Positions 60,309-64,000 of a stretch of 64,000 nt of DNA are shown in pieces (position 1 is the stretch's first letter; each line of letters begins with the position of its first letter). This DNA is from a virus. Made by a program: the position numbers and the translations under genes. Location: IMG/VR virus record IMGVR_UViG_3300005563_000031, positions 41,785 to 105,784 of that record. The stretch is one strand, 5' to 3'. The notes under the pieces were generated by a model. The model searched no databases, had not been told where the DNA came from, and worked only from the letters and a program-made list of their open reading frames with translations.

Positions 60309-60941
60309 TCACCGTGTTGGTTTGGGATAGAGCTTCACAGTTTCCGCAAGCGCGTGAGGCCTGAGGATGTTCGCAATACGACACGCAGCGCGAAAGGCGG
60401 CCGTGGCGAGTCCTGCGAACGTACCCGAGCACACGGAGTAATACACATCCTCGGCCTCATCCGCGTTTTGGATAACGAGTTGGTGTTTGTCCTTAGCGCG
60501 CTTCGCTACGATGTAGGTATGCGATTCGAGCGGGCGATCATTTTCCTCGCCCATTTGCACCGCGTTCTCTGCGTCCTCGTACGCTCCCATCTCGCACTCG
60601 GACAGTTCCTCGCACAGTGCTTTCGACAACCGAATGACGATCGGAAACATGTTGCCGGTTGGGCTTATTCGCCGCACCGAACGGGGATTGGTCCCGTCCC
60701 AATCGGCCGTAAACGCAACCTCACACACGTTTTCTAATCCGCTCGTAATGAGAGCATTGAAGGCTTTAGGACAGCGGTAGTAATAAAACTTGCGCCCGTC
60801 AAGCAAGCCTACTTTGGCCGACAAGTATTCTACTTGCGAGCTTTCGCGGTAGACACACAACGTGCCTTTGAAGTTGAACCGCTTAGGGGCGGTGCCGGGG
60901 GCATACTGGCCGCCGCGTCCCGGTATGGCTGTACTTTTCAT
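60309..60941 (-). CDS. hypothetical protein
   Basis: AAGGAG SD. Confidence 0.7.
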   Translation of the reverse strand: MKSTAIPGRGGQYAPGTAPKRFNFKGTLCVYRESSQVEYLSAKVGLLDGRKFYYYRCPKAFNALITSGLENVCEVAFTADWDGTNPRSVRRISPTGNMFPIVIRLSKALCEELSECEMGAYEDAENAVQMGEENDRPLESHTYIVAKRAKDKHQLVIQNADEAEDVYYSVCSGTFAGLATAAFRAACRIANILRPHALAETVKLYPKPTR

Positions 60942-60943
60942 GT

Positions 60944-61261
60944 TTACTCCTTTGTGTCCGCTTCGAGCACGAATTTCAGTTGCTCGAGGAGCACGCGCCG
61001 ATCAGCGGCAAAGTCCGTCACCTGAGGCGCAGTGGGCTTGTACCCGAGGTCCTCGTCCGTTTTCATCAAAGACGGCGGGATCGAGAACACCGTATTCCAC
61101 TTCAAGTCCCGCGCGCTCCACACGCTCGCAATAGCGTGACTTTGGGTTTTATACGAGTCCGTACGGATATCAAGCTGCACCTTGTACTCGTTGAGCGTGC
61201 CGGTTTCCTTGTAGTACACCGATTGCCCTTTACCCGTAACGGCTTTGTAGCTTGATTTCAT
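60944..61261 (-). CDS. hypothetical early protein
   Basis: first gene after promoter; GGAG SD. Confidence 0.75.
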   Translation of the reverse strand: MKSSYKAVTGKGQSVYYKETGTLNEYKVQLDIRTDSYKTQSHAIASVWSARDLKWNTVFSIPPSLMKTDEDLGYKPTAPQVTDFAADRRVLLEQLKFVLEADTKE

Positions 61262-61300
61262 CGCGGAACTCCGGTTTGGTTGTGAACTCGACTTGCAGAT

Positions 61301-61329
61301 AGTATATAGACTAATTATCTAATCTGCAA
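61301..61329 (-). promoter_or_regulatory. strong sigma70 promoter (copy 1)
   Basis: TTGCAG-17 nt-TATACT. Confidence 0.8.
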
Positions 61330-61500
61330 GCCGAGATTTTGGTTTTAGAAATGTGGAAGAGGCAGGTGCCAGTAGTACACCGTATGCCCGCGTTTAGATT
61401 TTCCTAAACTCCAAGCTACCACCACGTGCCCTTTTTGACGATGTTTGCGCGCCGACTGCCCGTGGCACCAACCGCAAGCAATTCTGTAAGTTCTCATGTC

Positions 61501-62322
61501 TTACCACCCCATTTTGCCGGCGCAGATCGGCCCGATACCGCGCGCTACCGAATCCTCATCCTCGAGCTTGCGACCGCACACCCCGCAGCGCCCCACGAGC
61601 TTGCCGTAGGCACGGCTCGCTGCACCCGGATCCACTGCGATCGCCCGCAGCGTGTCCTTAATATCGCCCTCGTACATGCCGCCCGGCCGTTGCTTGCCGT
61701 AGCGCTTGCCGTGTCCGTACTCGGCACCATCTTTGACAAAAATCCACCCACGCCACTTGCCGGCCTCTTCTGCGTCGAGGACAAGGTTGTCGATGCGCAC
61801 TTTAAGGCGGGTTTTCTCGAACGTGAGTGGGTCCGCGTACATGCCGGAGGGCACGTTGCGCAGGTCGACGGCGAGCAAATCAGCTTCTTCCATCGCAAGC
61901 GTCGCCGGGTTATCGCCTTGCGAGGCGATATACGCCTGCTCCGGGTCGGCTACGAAGGCGACCGGCTGGGGCAGGTTTTTGCGAACGGCTTTAATCTGCC
62001 CCTCGGAAAGGAAGCCGTTGCGCTGGAAGTACGCGGCGAGCGACTTGGCGAAGCTGTTGTCGCGCTGGTCGGCGTGCCCGATCCACTTCATTACGTCGAC
62101 GTGCTGTGCAACAAATTCGGTGGCCGCTACGACCTTCTGCGGGTCCTTCAGCCACGCGCCCCCACCCGTAGCCTGGAGCTTGTGCTGATAGCCGTACTGC
62201 GGGCGCCGGGTAGTCCTTGCGGCGTACTGTGACTGGGCATCGAGGAACGACGGGCGCGCAGGCTGCGAATTTTCGAGGTACGCAAGCGCATCGGGTGACA
62301 GGTGCGACAAGTCGTTTGACAT
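61501..62322 (-). CDS. DUF6011-domain protein
   Basis: YG...GRCGVCGRKLED..SVARGIGPICA; LSEGQ. Confidence 0.8.
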   Translation of the reverse strand: MSNDLSHLSPDALAYLENSQPARPSFLDAQSQYAARTTRRPQYGYQHKLQATGGGAWLKDPQKVVAATEFVAQHVDVMKWIGHADQRDNSFAKSLAAYFQRNGFLSEGQIKAVRKNLPQPVAFVADPEQAYIASQGDNPATLAMEEADLLAVDLRNVPSGMYADPLTFEKTRLKVRIDNLVLDAEEAGKWRGWIFVKDGAEYGHGKRYGKQRPGGMYEGDIKDTLRAIAVDPGAASRAYGKLVGRCGVCGRKLEDEDSVARGIGPICAGKMGW

Positions 62323-62365
62323 GATGCGGAACTCCGGTTTAGGTGAATACTGCTCGACTGGGAAT

Positions 62366-62394
62366 AGTATATAGACTATCTATCTAGGATGCAA
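62366..62394 (-). promoter_or_regulatory. strong sigma70 promoter (copy 2)
   Basis: TTGCAT-17 nt-TATACT. Confidence 0.8.
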
Positions 62395-62617
62395 GCGGAG
62401 ATTCTAGAGACATTTTACCGCCGGCAAAAGGAGGGTGCCGGTCGCGCGAAGAGGGAGCGGTTAAGCGGAGTTCCTATGCAAAGCGCATACGGCGTTAGCT
62501 TAAATCGGTTCCTCGCCACCGGCCGTCGCGGTTTGTTTGGAGGCGGATGAACGGGAGACCTCCGGGCCACTCACGACTAACGCCCCGTACTTACACACAC
62601 GCCAACTGTACGCGCAT

Positions 62618-62863
62618 TTAACCCTCGCGCGCAAAGTCATGCGCACGAATGAGGCGCGATTCGGCAATCGAAAACCTAACATCCCGACTCAACAAAATAC
62701 GGGTCGATGTCGGTTCAATGCCTTTCGAAATATTGATTTGCAACACGCACGACAAGCCCGCATTCTCAGCGCGCTCGATCGCCGCCTGTAACATACGCAA
62801 CTGGCGCTGCAACTCCTCGTGCGCGCCGCGTGCCTCGATCTTATCCTCTTCAAACGTACCCAT
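62618..62863 (-). CDS. hypothetical protein
   Basis: GAGGAG SD. Confidence 0.55.
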   Translation of the reverse strand: MGTFEEDKIEARGAHEELQRQLRMLQAAIERAENAGLSCVLQINISKGIEPTSTRILLSRDVRFSIAESRLIRAHDFAREG

Positions 62864-62879
62864 GTACACCCGTTCTCCT

Positions 62880-63149
62880 CTAAGAAAGCTTCGTGCCCGG
62901 CGGCGGCCCCGCAAGCAGCTGCGTAACGTGTGCTTCGAGCGAATCTGCAATGCGTCGCAGAATATCGGGCATCTGTTGCATCATTTCAATTGTTAGTTCC
63001 GAGGCAATGCGCGCTCGCAAAGGAACTTCCCTAGTCGGTACAATAAACACGAGCAAGCCCGCGCACCCGAATTCCGCCCGGATGCGCTGTACGATGGGCA
63101 TCGCTTCCTCATCACGACCAAACATTAGCCCACTCTCTACCTCATCCAT
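62880..63149 (-). CDS. hypothetical protein
   Basis: AAGGA SD. Confidence 0.6.
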   Translation of the reverse strand: MDEVESGLMFGRDEEAMPIVQRIRAEFGCAGLLVFIVPTREVPLRARIASELTIEMMQQMPDILRRIADSLEAHVTQLLAGPPPGTKLS

Positions 63150-63180
63150 TGCGAATCCTTTTAACTGGGTAGTAACACAA

Positions 63181-63492
63181 TCATCTCACCACGACGACTT
63201 TAAGCACGTGTTTGAGAATCCAGGCTTTCCATTTTGGCACGAAGTCAACGACAAGAACTCTGTTCTGTCGAGTCGCAGCGTACTTAAATTCGAGAACCTG
63301 CTCCATAAGCATCGTATCGTTTATACAGTCCGACGAGGAGCGCGCGCCGATGCGTACGCAGTGTTTACCTACGTACGCCTGCGTGTAAATGTGCTGTTCC
63401 GCACCTTGCGGTTCACGCCATTGCGGGGGCAACTTATCACGAGCCGGTGTTTTCACTATTTGTAAATCCCTACGAACGTACCAAAGACACAA
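63181..63492 (-). CDS. hypothetical protein (start uncertain)
   Basis: ORF in minus-strand run. Confidence 0.4.
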   Translation of the reverse strand: MCLWYVRRDLQIVKTPARDKLPPQWREPQGAEQHIYTQAYVGKHCVRIGARSSSDCINDTMLMEQVLEFKYAATRQNRVLVVDFVPKWKAWILKHVLKVVVVR

Positions 63493-64000
63493 GAAACACG
63501 AAAATCGCCGCCACTTCCATAAACGAAAGTACCGACATAGCAGTCGTTAAATGCACAAATCCAAGCACCAGCCACGCTAGATGACAGACGAGAATAGCGC
63601 TGGCGGCAACAAGTGTCGTGGTGCTCATGTTCGAACTATACCTAAGTAATCGAGCATGAAAGATGAAGTGAAACGATGCGGTGTTAGGGAGCGCGGCTCT
63701 GGGCGCTCCCTAACACGCTGCGGCGACAGCCGCAGCGGGCCTCGCTCACAGATCGGCCTGACGCGGCCTCTTGTCGCTCCTTGCCAGTCGCTCCGCTTAG
63801 GAGAAGATTTAAGATTCATTCTCACTTTCGTTCCATTCAGGAACAGGAGGGGAGGTGGCTGGCAATCCTCGCGTATCGCTCGAATTTCAGCCAGGACTTG
63901 CCTTGAATCTAGGCGCAAAGTCGTTGGTTGTTAGTCTATGCAGTTGCATAGAATTACGGAAAAATGCCTTAAAACTTGCTTTGATGAGCAAATAGTATTT

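Noticed and set aside
1-64000. Stop-codon reassignment
   Set aside because: Core genes are intact in code 11 and end in TAA, TAG and TGA; no clear suppressor tRNA
1-64000. CRISPR array, DGR/retron, integrase or IS element
   Set aside because: No regularly spaced repeats, reverse transcriptase, recombinase or transposase motifs seen

Overview
This is a 64-kb segment of a tailed dsDNA phage (siphovirus-type morphogenesis module). The host is probably a Gram-negative proteobacterium, judging from a PagL-like gene, an rrn-type boxA and sigma70-like promoters. Layout: (i) 1-3954, plus-strand accessory genes (HD/SpoT-like hydrolase-vWA fusion, GH5 glycoside hydrolase, Lar). (ii) 3976-11182, a minus-strand operon of 38 tRNA genes covering all 20 amino acids, plus two tRNA-like RNAs and about 15 different compact structured elements in the spacers. 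It is headed by a sigma70-like promoter, a leaderless 42-codon ORF that uses 19 amino acids and 35 different codons, a two-state hairpin and a boxA. (iii) 11772-44888, minus-strand lysis, tail and head genes (endolysin, J, NlpC, two DUF2460/Dit paralogues flanking carbohydrate-binding proteins, TMP, tail tube, MCP, protease, MuF-InPase-ART toxin, portal, PagL, repeat fibre). (iv) 45154-64000, accessory genes, terL/terS, an ECF sigma factor and early genes with duplicated strong promoters. The best candidate for an undescribed system is the tRNA operon read as one unit: a putative translation-sensing leader controlling a tRNA-punctuated array of tRNAs, stalked tRNA mimics and pseudoknotted small RNAs. 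All tRNA calls, folds and family assignments were made by eye; no database searches were run.
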